NCBI GenBank assembly: GCA_964486045.1
Contig: CAZALK010000005.1
Coordinates: 1 to 64,000 of the forward strand
Direction: 5' to 3'
DNA length: 64,000 bases
Origin: an uncultured archaeon
Lineage (GTDB): Archaea > Asgardarchaeota > Lokiarchaeia > Sigyniarchaeales > SOKP01
The notes below the pieces were generated by a model. It was given only the letters and a program-made list of their open reading frames with translations. It was not told where the DNA came from and made no database searches. Below are positions 1-9,727 of this stretch, in pieces. Position 1 is the stretch's first letter. Each line of letters opens with the position of its first letter. The position numbers and the translations under genes are program-made.

Positions 1-184
1 GTATAGATAAAAAGAACAATTTTGTCGGGGGTGAAGATTAGTTTAAAAATATATGTTTTTTTTTCCTTTTTTTTATAATTTAAGAGTAAGTGTAAAAAAC
101 TATAAAAAGTATTTATATATGTAATTATATAAGTAAAATAGTACATATTTATCTAAATATGTAAAAAAAGAATAAATTTAACCG

Positions 185-931
185 GTGAAACCCATAACTG
201 AATATAACCAAGATAAAGAAAGAATATCATTATATGTCGGCAAGGATGTCAAAGAAGAATGGCAGACATTTGCTAAAAATAATGATTTTTCAACACTCTC
301 TAAATTGATACGAGAAGCCTTAAAATTTTATATTCAATGTAAAGGATTAGATCTACCAAGTCTTTCTCACGGTTTAAAAGAACCTTTAACTTCCATTAAA
401 GGATATTTACAATTAATAATTGAGACATCCGGGGATTCATTAGATGACAATATAGTCACCACACTGAAAAATGTTTTAAACCAATGTTCAATTCTCGAGA
501 ATAAAATCGTCGATTATTTAGACAAATTTGAACCAGAGGGGGAGGAACTTGGTGTTGGTAATGAAACTGAATATGATTTGTTGTTGATTGAGGATGATGT
601 TGAGACTGTCAATTTATTAACAAGCTACTTTGAATCTATAGGAATTTCATGCAAAGGGATTTTAAGTGGATTTAAAGGATTAAAAGAATTAAAGAGATAT
701 AAGCCAAAATTGGTTTTACTTGATATTATCTTGCCTGATATAAATGGGTATGAAATTTTAGAAAAAATAAAGGCAAAGGATAACCTGAAGGACATCCCAG
801 TGTATTTCCTAACAGCTGTCCCTAGCAATGAAGTCGAGAAAAAAACATCAGAACTAGGAGCTGCAGGCTCAATTTTAAAACCTTTTAACTTAACCGATTT
901 TGATGTAATTTACAAATATCTGAAAAAGTAA
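185..931 (+). CDS. Ribbon-helix-helix + HisKA-like + response regulator receiver fusion protein
   Basis: N-terminal RISLYV...LSKLIREAL (RHH-like); H-box LSHGLKEPLTSIKGY; REC motifs LLIEDD, LVLLDIILPDING and KPF. Confidence 0.8.
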   Translation: MKPITEYNQDKERISLYVGKDVKEEWQTFAKNNDFSTLSKLIREALKFYIQCKGLDLPSLSHGLKEPLTSIKGYLQLIIETSGDSLDDNIVTTLKNVLNQCSILENKIVDYLDKFEPEGEELGVGNETEYDLLLIEDDVETVNLLTSYFESIGISCKGILSGFKGLKELKRYKPKLVLLDIILPDINGYEILEKIKAKDNLKDIPVYFLTAVPSNEVEKKTSELGAAGSILKPFNLTDFDVIYKYLKK

Positions 932-997
932 TAGAGTTTCTATTTTACTTCTTGGATTTTTGGCAGCTCAATATTTAAACTCCTCAATAATTATTAT

Positions 998-1132
998 TCA
1001 AGAAAAAAGGAAAATAATTGCCTTTCCTCTTCGGTGTCCTTCAAGTCTGTCTAATTCTTCTACTATAACAGGATTAAATTCAAGATCTTTTATGCTATAT
1101 ATTTTGTGTGTAAATATGTTTGTGTGTAACAT
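998..1132 (-). CDS. Possible small protein (44 aa, MLHTNIFTHKIYSIKDLEFNPVIVEELDRLEGHRRGKAIIFLFS)
   Basis: Manually read ATG-to-TGA frame below the ORF-track cutoff, with protein-like composition. Confidence 0.3.
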   Translation of the reverse strand: MLHTNIFTHKIYSIKDLEFNPVIVEELDRLEGHRRGKAIIFLFS

Positions 1133-1244
1133 AATATTATCAAAAAAGATTTATATATATATAAACGATATAATTTTATTAGTACAGAAGGTACAAAAAA
1201 TAGTTGGAAAAACCAAATTTGTACAAAAAGAATCTTAGATCCGA

Positions 1245-2063
1245 ATGATAAATTCCACAGACAATCATCAAAATATTAAGGAACCTCCAGAGGATTTACA
1301 AATACAAGGTATTTGTATTTTGGAGATGAGTGTGATAGGAGAGATTGGGATAATTTTCCAGAAAGGTATTGATATAACACTAGTTCAAGAAATCATAAAT
1401 TTGAATAGAAATAAAATCTTAAATAATGAAGAAGGAGCAATTAAAGACTATATTGGAAGTATTAATGCATATTTAGTCTATTGTGATTCTAGTAAAGGAG
1501 ATAAAATAATAGCAATTTTTAATGATGAGGAAGCACAACTTTTAGATTACCCAAAATTGGATGCTCTTACAGCTGTTTTATTTAAGAAGATTGGTATTAG
1601 CACTGCTAATTTAGAGATTAAAAAAATACGCATCAATGCTGTCAAAATTACTCGTGATAAAGGGTTAATAGGATTTCTTGCTTTAGATAAGACAGGCTTA
1701 TTGTATTTTTCAAAAGTAAAGAAAAATAGAAAAAAAATATCTAAAAACATTTTTCAAATTGCTGGGTTTATCTCAGCATTATTAATTTATTCGAAAGATC
1801 TCATTACTGGTGAAGATCCCGAATTAAGGCTCGAAGATATCAACCTTGGAAGTCACCATTTCTACTTAAATATCAAACATAATGTTATATTTGCTTATTT
1901 TATTGAAAAGCATAAGGTAACAGAAAATTTTGACAAATATATTCAAATAGTTGTAGAAAAATTTATAGAAAAATTTTATGATCCTTATGTAACTAATTTT
2001 AAAGGTGATCTATCACCTTTTCATAGTTTTGAACAAGTAATAGACCAATATTTTGAGATTTAA
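1245..2063 (+). CDS. Hypothetical protein with C-terminal roadblock/longin-like domain
   Basis: LALDKTGLLYFSK...IAGFISALLIYSKD...FIEKFY...FEQVIDQYF pattern typical of Asgard longin-like domains. Confidence 0.6.
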   Translation: MINSTDNHQNIKEPPEDLQIQGICILEMSVIGEIGIIFQKGIDITLVQEIINLNRNKILNNEEGAIKDYIGSINAYLVYCDSSKGDKIIAIFNDEEAQLLDYPKLDALTAVLFKKIGISTANLEIKKIRINAVKITRDKGLIGFLALDKTGLLYFSKVKKNRKKISKNIFQIAGFISALLIYSKDLITGEDPELRLEDINLGSHHFYLNIKHNVIFAYFIEKHKVTENFDKYIQIVVEKFIEKFYDPYVTNFKGDLSPFHSFEQVIDQYFEI

Positions 2064-2211
2064 TTAACACCTCTTGACCTTAAAATAAACTTACTAAAAT
2101 ACAGAACTCTAAATATTTAATTTCGTTAAAATATCTTTTTGATGAGATTTTGTATTGTAATATTAAATTTCACCATAAATTATATATAAATAAACCAATA
2201 AATTAATCACA

Positions 2212-2565
2212 ATGACTGCAACTCTAGAAGTTGACTTAGTACTGGAAAATTTAGTAAAAGAACTAGGTTCTGGATTATATTTTATATTAATCACATCTGA
2301 AAACGGAGCTGTTATTAAGTCTTATATCAACCAAGAATTCAATAAAACATCAATAGGGTTAAATATGTCTCAATTGTATGAGCTAGCGGAAGAAATATTC
2401 TCAGAAATTGGTGTACATGCACCAGACTTCACAGTCATACACTCAGACAACTTCTACGTTCTCTCTATCAAAATCTTAAACAAACTTGTAATAATTTTAA
2501 TGGAAGATCAAATAGAATTTTCATCCATTTTTGAAATTATTAATAAATGTATTATAACAAACTAA
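2212..2565 (+). CDS. Roadblock/LC7-like protein
   Basis: 117 aa; ILITSENGAVIKS followed by a helix and a beta meander. Confidence 0.6.
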   Translation: MTATLEVDLVLENLVKELGSGLYFILITSENGAVIKSYINQEFNKTSIGLNMSQLYELAEEIFSEIGVHAPDFTVIHSDNFYVLSIKILNKLVIILMEDQIEFSSIFEIINKCIITN

Positions 2566-2723
2566 GGAGTTTAACCTCTCCTTTTTTACTATTTTTAAGA
2601 ATTCAATAATTACCATTTTAAGATTATTTGAAGTCAATTTCATCGAAAAATTTTTAATTTCAAATATATTACTAATCAGAATTACATCTTCAACATATAA
2701 ATAATGAAATTAGTGAACGCTAA

Positions 2724-3209
2724 ATGAAATATGAGAAGAATCAATATTCAGATGGATTTTCAATATGTACATTAATTATTGCTGGGGCATTTTTATGGTG
2801 GGGTATTAACCAATTTATAACTTGGGGTGATGGTTGGGAATGGTGGGGTTTTGTATCAACGGGAATCGGGTTAGCAATTTTAATCGGGCAAATTTTTGCG
2901 TTAACAAATAGAAGTAAACTAAGAAATGTGGTATTAGCTGAATTTCAAGAAAGCCCAAAGGTTACAGTAGAGGATGTCAGTAAAAGTACCGGTATCACAA
3001 TAAAAGATATTAATGCAATAGTGTTGGATCTTAAAGCTTCAGGTCAATTACGAGCAAAATTTAGCTCACAAACAGGTCAAGTAAAACATCTATTACCGCC
3101 AAAAAAGGAAGGAACTTCAGAAGAGCAAGGAAAATTTTGTTCAAATTGTGGTACTCCTATTACTAAAGAATCTGCACAATTCTGTGCTTACTGTGGGGCA
3201 AAAATTTAG
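2724..3209 (+). CDS. Membrane protein with winged-helix-like region and C-terminal zinc ribbon
   Basis: Two N-terminal hydrophobic helices; FCSNCG...FCAYCG. Confidence 0.7.
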   Translation: MKYEKNQYSDGFSICTLIIAGAFLWWGINQFITWGDGWEWWGFVSTGIGLAILIGQIFALTNRSKLRNVVLAEFQESPKVTVEDVSKSTGITIKDINAIVLDLKASGQLRAKFSSQTGQVKHLLPPKKEGTSEEQGKFCSNCGTPITKESAQFCAYCGAKI

Positions 3210-3260
3210 AAAATTAGTTTTTTTCTTTTTTTATAAAAAAATAGAGATTAAATATCGTGC

Positions 3261-3929
3261 TTATTTTATTTCAATTGTTTTCTTATCTGTGATTTCAGTA
3301 ATAATTTTTGGAATTCTTAATCTTAGCACTCCATTTTTAAAATTTGCATCAATTCCTTCAGAATTAATCTCTTCAGGGAGGTGAAAACTTCGATAGAAAC
3401 TTGGCGATCTAAATTCTCTTCTTAAAAAATCTCCTTTAACATCTTTATATTTTTCTTTTTTCTTATCCTTTTTCTCTTTATGTTTATCTTTCTTTTCACC
3501 TTTTTTATCTTTATCTTCCTTCTTTTCTTTCTTTTTTTTCTCTTCCTTCTCTTCTTTATGTTTAATTGCCTTTTCGCCAAAGATTTCTAGTATACCTTCT
3601 TGAAGCGTAATCTTCACATGTCTTTTATCTAGACCAGGTAATTCTACAAGGAAATAATATCCAGTCTCATTTTCGATTATATTTGTCAGGGGAGTTCTAT
3701 AAAATGATTCATCTTCATGAATTTCTAAAGACTCAGCTGATCTTATTCTAAATGAACCCCAGACCGAAGATTCTTCAAGTCTGTCCTTTGACTGATTTAA
3801 AAAAAAAGTTTGGTGCGTCTTTGATTCTATCTCTTCTTTTTTCTTTTCGCTTTCTATATTTTTTTCATCTTTAATTACTTCAGAAACGCTTTCTTCATTA
3901 TCAATTTCCTTTTTTATCTCTTCATCCAT
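3261..3929 (-). CDS. Small heat shock protein (Hsp20/alpha-crystallin) with Lys/Glu-rich insertion
   Basis: VELPGLDK, FYRSFHLPEEI and ANFKNGVLRLRIPK motifs. Confidence 0.9.
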   Translation of the reverse strand: MDEEIKKEIDNEESVSEVIKDEKNIESEKKKEEIESKTHQTFFLNQSKDRLEESSVWGSFRIRSAESLEIHEDESFYRTPLTNIIENETGYYFLVELPGLDKRHVKITLQEGILEIFGEKAIKHKEEKEEKKKKEKKEDKDKKGEKKDKHKEKKDKKKEKYKDVKGDFLRREFRSPSFYRSFHLPEEINSEGIDANFKNGVLRLRIPKIITEITDKKTIEIK

Positions 3930-4100
3930 CTAATTCAAACCACCTAAATTTTCAGAATAACGAAAAATAGATTTAAATAATATAAAAAGTTTTGTTTGAG
4001 AAGTGGTAATAAATGCAGAAATTGAAAAATACTCTTCTTGGAAGTCATATAAAAAATGTAATTTTATATCTACCTTAAAAATTAAAAAAAAAATATTTTA

Positions 4101-5525
4101 TTATTTACTTTCTATAGTGCTTAGCTTCTTTTCATGCAATTTTGTTAGTTTTTCTCTATTTTTAGCTAATTTTTCTCCCTTTATTGGATAAAAATACATT
4201 CCTACCAATGAAATTCCGAGTACAGCAGCGGGGTAAATACCCATTAGAATTCGAAGCCCCAGAATCACGTTTACTCCAGGATTTGGTGTGTAATTCATCC
4301 AATCCGTTGAAGTAAAAACAATTCCAATAATTATAAAATTTAGAATCATCGATAATCTAATTAGGAAATTAAGAACTGCATAGTATATGCCAGATCGTCT
4401 TATTCCATATGTGATTTCGTCCTCATCTATAATTTCCGCAATGCATTGATCATAGAAGTAAAGTCCACCTCCCAATCCTACTCCAAATAAGACCATAAAA
4501 ACTAAAGCCATTAGAAAATTAACTGAAAAGGCAAAAAACACTACTGATACTAACCATAGAGAAATTCCTATTAATCCACATACTCTCGCTCCTTTCCTAA
4601 CACGAATTATTTCCCATAACGGTGTGGAAATAGCAGCAACGATAAAGGTAACTAAAAGCAATATTCCAATTAGTTCTGAATCTGTAATGCCTACTGCATA
4701 TGTAAAGAAGAGTGGTGCTAAAGTGGGAAGAAGATTAATAACAAGCCACGTACCAAGAGCAGGAAACAAAAACCATAAAAATGACTTATGCTTAAATGTA
4801 AATTTCATAGTTTGTATGAAAGGCATGGCAGATTCTGCATCCTTTGAAATATGCTTTGGGTCTTTAACGCCCCACTTAAGGTTGATTAAGTAGAAGATAA
4901 AAATTATTACCGCTGCTACGATTCCAGTAGTCAGATATTGAGTTAACGTTGCTGGATCATCATTAATGTTAGTAATATCCTCAATGATAAAAGTGGGAAA
5001 AACCAGAGCGAACATTGTGGCAAGTAACACAAAAATGATGCGTATTCTTCCGATTGAACTACGTTCTCTCATTTCAACGAACATTTCACTGAAAAGGGCA
5101 TTATAATTCAAATTAAATGAAGTATATGATATATCAAAAAGTATCAATATGATGAAGAAATAAATAAATGTTGAGGTTGGTGGAGTAATAAAAGTTGATG
5201 GTGGAGTAAATAATAATATCATTAGAACTCCGAGTGGGATTGTTGCTCCAATCATCCATGGAATCCTTCGTCCCCATCGAGTTTTGGTTTTATCTGAGAG
5301 ATAACCAATTAATGGATCATTGAAGGCATTCCAGAGAGCCCAAAGGATAAAACCTAAAATCATTAAATGTGTAGGTATCTTTACTACAGTAAAGTAAAAT
5401 GTAAAAATTAGAAATGTAAAAGTATTTAACGCCATGTTATCTCCAACTTCTCCAGAAGCAAAGGCTAGCTTCTTTCCTAATGAGATTTTACTATTTTCTT
5501 CTGCTTTCATAAAATCATTACTCAT
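4101..5525 (-). CDS. MFS transporter, GPH/MelB-like sugar:cation symporter
   Basis: About 12 TM segments; NDPLIGYLSDKTKTRWGRRIPW motif. Confidence 0.9.
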   Translation of the reverse strand: MSNDFMKAEENSKISLGKKLAFASGEVGDNMALNTFTFLIFTFYFTVVKIPTHLMILGFILWALWNAFNDPLIGYLSDKTKTRWGRRIPWMIGATIPLGVLMILLFTPPSTFITPPTSTFIYFFIILILFDISYTSFNLNYNALFSEMFVEMRERSSIGRIRIIFVLLATMFALVFPTFIIEDITNINDDPATLTQYLTTGIVAAVIIFIFYLINLKWGVKDPKHISKDAESAMPFIQTMKFTFKHKSFLWFLFPALGTWLVINLLPTLAPLFFTYAVGITDSELIGILLLVTFIVAAISTPLWEIIRVRKGARVCGLIGISLWLVSVVFFAFSVNFLMALVFMVLFGVGLGGGLYFYDQCIAEIIDEDEITYGIRRSGIYYAVLNFLIRLSMILNFIIIGIVFTSTDWMNYTPNPGVNVILGLRILMGIYPAAVLGISLVGMYFYPIKGEKLAKNREKLTKLHEKKLSTIESK

Positions 5526-5699
5526 TTTTTCTAGAGTTTTATTCTAAATTATCTTTTTTTAAGTTGAAATACTAAAATTAAATGTGATTAAATATTTGAT
5601 CTTTCACTTTAAAAAAGTTTCTACATTTAAGATTATAGAATGAATTTTCTTTTCTAACATTCTAAATTCAAATAAAGAAAGGCTAATATGTGAAGCAAT

Positions 5700-6722
5700 A
5701 TGGCAAAGATTTATACGATTGGGGTTATTGGAGCAGGTAGAATGGGAAAAATCCATATAGAAAATATTCTACGAAATATTCCTGATTTAAAGTTAAAATT
5801 AGTAGCAGATATTAATATAGATGATCAAATGGAACGATGGGCTAATAAGTTAGACGTCCCTTTACTTACTCAAGACGTTAATGATATTTTTAATGATGCT
5901 GAAATAGATGCAGTAGTAATTGCCTCGTCTACAGACACCCACGTTAGATTCATTCAAAGAGCTGCCCACATGAAAAAAGACGTTTTTTGTGAAAAACCAA
6001 TCGATACTGATATAAAGCTTATTAGAGAAACTCTTGGGATCGTTAAAAATGAAAAAATTAAACTAATGATTGGATTTAATCGAAGATTTGACAAAAATTT
6101 TAAAAGGGTTAGAGAGATCGTGGCTTCAGGTCAAATCGGAATCCCTCAAATTATTAAAATTACTTCTCGAGATCCTGCTCTCCCTCCAATCGAATATATT
6201 AAAGGTTCGGGAGGAATGTTTTTTGATATGACAATTCATGACTGGGATATGGTCTGTTTTCAGGCAGGAAGTGAAGTTGAAGAGGTATATGCCACTGGAG
6301 CAGCTCTTATTGACCCAGAAATTGAAAAAGCAGGAGATATTGATACTGCTGTTGTTATTTTAAAACTAAAAAATGGTGCTATTGGTGTGATTGATAATTC
6401 TCGTCAAGCAGTATATGGATATGACCAAAGAGTTGAGGTTTTTGGGTCAAAGGGATGTGCTGTAGCCGATAATGAACCGTCTAATACAGTGCGTCTATAT
6501 ACCGCTGAAAAGACAAGAGAAGATAACATACCATACTTCTTTTTAGAGAGATATATGGAGTCTTATGCCGCCGAATTACATTCTTTCTCCGAATGCATGC
6601 GCAACAATGAAGAGCCATCTCCAAATGGAGAAGATGGTTTAATAAATGCGATAATTGCATCTGCAGTTCAAAGATCATATGAGGAAAATCGTCCTGTAAA
6701 GATATCTGAAATTACAATATAA
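5700..6722 (+). CDS. iolG: Inositol 2-dehydrogenase (Gfo/Idh/MocA family)
   Basis: GAGRMG, CEKP, GFNRRFD, SRDP, DMTIHD and YGYDQRVEVFGS motifs. Confidence 0.9.
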   Translation: MAKIYTIGVIGAGRMGKIHIENILRNIPDLKLKLVADINIDDQMERWANKLDVPLLTQDVNDIFNDAEIDAVVIASSTDTHVRFIQRAAHMKKDVFCEKPIDTDIKLIRETLGIVKNEKIKLMIGFNRRFDKNFKRVREIVASGQIGIPQIIKITSRDPALPPIEYIKGSGGMFFDMTIHDWDMVCFQAGSEVEEVYATGAALIDPEIEKAGDIDTAVVILKLKNGAIGVIDNSRQAVYGYDQRVEVFGSKGCAVADNEPSNTVRLYTAEKTREDNIPYFFLERYMESYAAELHSFSECMRNNEEPSPNGEDGLINAIIASAVQRSYEENRPVKISEITI

Positions 6723-6792
6723 CCTAAAATAAAACCTTTAATAAGATACTCTAAATTCAAAAGGTTAAGGTTAAAAAAGTGGTGTATAGAAT

Positions 6793-7338
6793 ATCAAATT
6801 TGATTTATCAGCCTTTAAGGTTTTAATTAAAAAGCTTTTTCCTCCTAAAAAAAGTGTATTTACAATAGATACAACAGGAGATGGAAAAGCAGATTCTTTA
6901 CAAATAAAAGTAATTAATTTACTAATCCCTTTTTCAGTTCCCAAAAATATCAAAGTAGGAGATTTTGATTTAAGAAGTATTGATATAAATAATTTTGATT
7001 TGTCCGATTATGTCACACTGTATTTGGATGATAATCAAATTAACATTCCAAAAGAGTCAGTTGATATTGAAAAGCTAAAAACCCAATTTACAATTTATCA
7101 TAAGGGAGAATCATTTAATTTGGATGATATTCTTGAAGGTAAATTTAGTGGCAGAATAATTGGTTTAGGTGATATTGTTAGCATATTAGTTAAACTTGAT
7201 GCAACTATTTTAGAAAATCTAATAGAAGGTAAACATGTTTTTAAGATTGAAAGCGAATTAGTATCAAATTTTATGATTAATTTTGAATTAGATGAAACTA
7301 ATATGAATTTAAAACTTGATTCTCTTAATACTAAATAA
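6793..7338 (+). CDS. Hypothetical protein; frame extends 69 codons upstream of the called TTG (7000) to a probable ATC start
   Basis: Frame open from 6790 (after TAG) with no ATG/GTG/TTG before 7000; SD-like GGTG at 6781-6784. Confidence 0.6.
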   Translation: MKFDLSAFKVLIKKLFPPKKSVFTIDTTGDGKADSLQIKVINLLIPFSVPKNIKVGDFDLRSIDINNFDLSDYVTLYLDDNQINIPKESVDIEKLKTQFTIYHKGESFNLDDILEGKFSGRIIGLGDIVSILVKLDATILENLIEGKHVFKIESELVSNFMINFELDETNMNLKLDSLNTK

Positions 7339-7451
7339 TATCTAGTTTTGAAAATTCTTTGAAATTTGTGTTTTACTTATCCCTTCGGTCTGTTGTAATT
7401 TATATAGGAGTTTTTATGTTTAATTTTTGAGTATAAAAAGAGGATATTATT

Positions 7452-7985
7452 ATGGCAGTTACTAAACTTACTCATACTCCTGAAATCACCACTCCAACTA
7501 ATAATTCCAAAGTTCAGTTTATCTGTCCAGTTTGTAAATCAGAAAAAAAATTAGAGGTTCCTAAATCAATAGTCAATAAAGCAAAGGGCTTAACCACTAT
7601 GTCAATTGCTAGAGATTTAGTATGTGAACACCAATTTCAAGCGTTTGTCGATAAAAATTTTATGGTAAGGGGGTATCAAAGAGTAGATTTTGAATTTGAA
7701 AAAACCAAAACAGAACATAAACAAAAACCTAAAAATCATATTAAAGACGATAAAGAGTTATTTGAAAATTTAATCTTAGAAGGTAACTATCTTGAATATA
7801 ATCCGAAAGGGAATAAAGGCAATAACAAGAAATCTCAAAAACAAAAGATTCAAAATAAATCAAGTAAGAATTTTAAATCAATTCAAGAATTGTATGATGA
7901 ATTTTGGGAATTCATTGATGATGATAATGCCCAATTTCAAGAGTTTATAAAACGTGATGTAAGAAGAAAAAACTTTCTCCCTTAA
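7452..7985 (+). CDS. Zinc-finger hypothetical protein
   Basis: CPVC...CEH motif; acidic/aromatic C-terminal LYDEFWEFIDDDN motif. Confidence 0.7.
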   Translation: MAVTKLTHTPEITTPTNNSKVQFICPVCKSEKKLEVPKSIVNKAKGLTTMSIARDLVCEHQFQAFVDKNFMVRGYQRVDFEFEKTKTEHKQKPKNHIKDDKELFENLILEGNYLEYNPKGNKGNNKKSQKQKIQNKSSKNFKSIQELYDEFWEFIDDDNAQFQEFIKRDVRRKNFLP

Positions 7986-8130
7986 GATTTTCTTAAAATT
8001 AATTATTGGTTTTCCGATGTTATGGATTTAATAAAAATATTTAATTTGAAAACCCCACTTATTAAAGAATTATCGGTTTTCAGAAAATTATTCTAGCTGT
8101 CTAATTATAAAATCGGAATAAAAAAATGTA

Positions 8131-8775
8131 ATGATAGACAATTTTAATATTATTTGGGATTGGAACGGTACACTCTTAGATAATGTTGATATCTGTATTG
8201 ATTCGATCAATGCTTTATTGTCAAAATATAATAAAAAAACTATTTCTAAAGAATCCTATAAGAAAATATTCACGTTTCCAGTTCAAAATTACTATAACAA
8301 ATTAGGTTTTGATACGTCTATAGAAAATTTTAAGAAGATCGCTGAGGAATTTATGTTAGAATATAATTCCAGATTACCATATTGCCAACTTTTTCCCGGT
8401 GTAAAAGAAAATTTGCACTATTTTTCCCATTTGGGTTACAAGCAAACGATAATATCCGCTATGGAACAAGGAATTTTAACCAAATCTGTGCGAGATAAAG
8501 AAATACAGGGCTTTTTCCATTCAATAATAGGGTTGTCAAATAATTTTGCTGATAGTAAAACCATTGTTGCAAAAAATTTTATCGAAAATTTTAATTTGGA
8601 CCGGAAAAAAACATGGTTCATTGGTGATACAAGCCATGATTTCGAAGTTTCACAAGATTGTGGCTGTAATCACGTATTAATTGCCAACGGGCATCAAAAT
8701 TATGATGAATTATCTTCGATAACAGAAGCAGTTGTAAAAAAATTGAATAAAGTGAAGGATTTTATTCGAATTTAG
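8131..8775 (+). CDS. HAD-superfamily hydrolase
   Basis: Motif I WDWNGTLLD; motif IV IGDTSHD. Confidence 0.9.
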   Translation: MIDNFNIIWDWNGTLLDNVDICIDSINALLSKYNKKTISKESYKKIFTFPVQNYYNKLGFDTSIENFKKIAEEFMLEYNSRLPYCQLFPGVKENLHYFSHLGYKQTIISAMEQGILTKSVRDKEIQGFFHSIIGLSNNFADSKTIVAKNFIENFNLDRKKTWFIGDTSHDFEVSQDCGCNHVLIANGHQNYDELSSITEAVVKKLNKVKDFIRI

Positions 8776-8887
8776 CTTAACTCATGAATTTAGACTTTTT
8801 TTCTCCACTCGCATATAGATTTACTATTTTTCTTCCTTCCGTTAATACTCAATAACAAGATGTATTGTTATATCAGAAGAGATAGAT

Positions 8888-8992
8888 AAACCAATTCAAA
8901 GATTATATAATGAATTTTGGGAGTTTATATAAGAGAAAAACGAAATGCTTCAAGATTTCATAAAAAAAGATAAAAGAGGATTTGCATTCTAA
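8888..8992 (+). pseudogene. Degenerate copy of the 3' end of the 7452-7985 gene
   Basis: Reads KPIQRLYNEFWEFI*EKNEMLQDFIKKDKR versus KSIQELYDEFWEFIDDDNAQFQEFIKRDVR. Confidence 0.7.
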
Positions 8993-9033
8993 GAAAAACT
9001 AAAAACTTTATGAGTTATTAAGAATTGAATAAA

Positions 9034-9171
9034 TGCCAAGGGTGAGATTTGAACTCACGATACCTAGATAACTGAAGTCTGTATTATATAAATCAAACGC
9101 TTCAGTCTAGTGCGGACGGGGCATATTGCGTTATAATCGCAGTAAAGCTTCCCGGGCTACGCCACCTTGGC
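9034..9171 (-). tRNA. tRNA-Phe(GAA) with two introns (about 9115-9148 in the D-arm; 9070-9099 at position 37/38)
   Basis: Spliced product GCCAAGG TG GCGT AGCCCGGGA ACGC A CTAGA CT GAA GA TCTAG GTATC GTGAG TTCAAAT CTCAC CCTTGGC A folds as a full cloverleaf. Confidence 0.9.
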
Positions 9172-9328
9172 CATCTTGGCGAGTTTCCTATGTTTTAACT
9201 TATTTTTGACAAATTTATAATTATTATCATCAATAAGATACAAAATAAAGTATAGAATCTCATAAAAATATTTTTAGTCCTTAAATGTGAAAATAAGAAA
9301 GTGAAAAAAAGTATTAAGATGTAAAAAT

Positions 9329-9582
9329 TTAATGAAAAAAAATCTCATTTACAGCAGTACCGAGTGAGGGGGGATTATTCAGATCTAGCATTTCACTGGT
9401 CTTGATTGACTTCTGGAGGGAGTCCCAAATCTCTGGCCTATTTCTTATGGTTTCGGAAAAACTATTCAGTTTCTTAAGTGCGGAGTAAGATTGTCCTTTA
9501 ATGACATAGCATATCAAAAATGATTCAATCGGGTTAATAAGGATAAGGTTTTCATCAATTTTTATACGGTCGATGGATTTAG
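9329..9582 (-). pseudogene. Orphan 3' fragment of a larger protein (longin-like C-terminus)
   Basis: SKSIDRIKIDENLILINPIESFLICYVIKGQSY...; no plausible 5' part. Confidence 0.6.
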
Positions 9583-9714
9583 AATTTAGCTGATAAAACT
9601 GGTCTTAATTTAAGAAATAAAGTTGCTCATGGATTGATAAAATATAAAGATATACAAGGGCATATACTCATTAGCGTTATCGAAATTATTTTTGCATTAA
9701 TAGAGAGAATTTGA
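9583..9714 (+). pseudogene. Orphan 3' fragment with HEPN-like NLRNKVAHG motif (DUF4209-like)
   Basis: NLADKTGLNLRNKVAHGLIKYKDI...ERI*; no start codon. Confidence 0.6.
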
Positions 9715-9727
9715 TTTCTGGTTGATT

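Noticed and set aside
960-1238. Plus-strand 92-aa ORF and the many short antisense ORFs in the track (e.g. 625-828, 10820-11173, 17352-17708, 39535-39777, 57745-58074)
   Set aside because: Shadow frames opposite real genes, with no recognisable motifs
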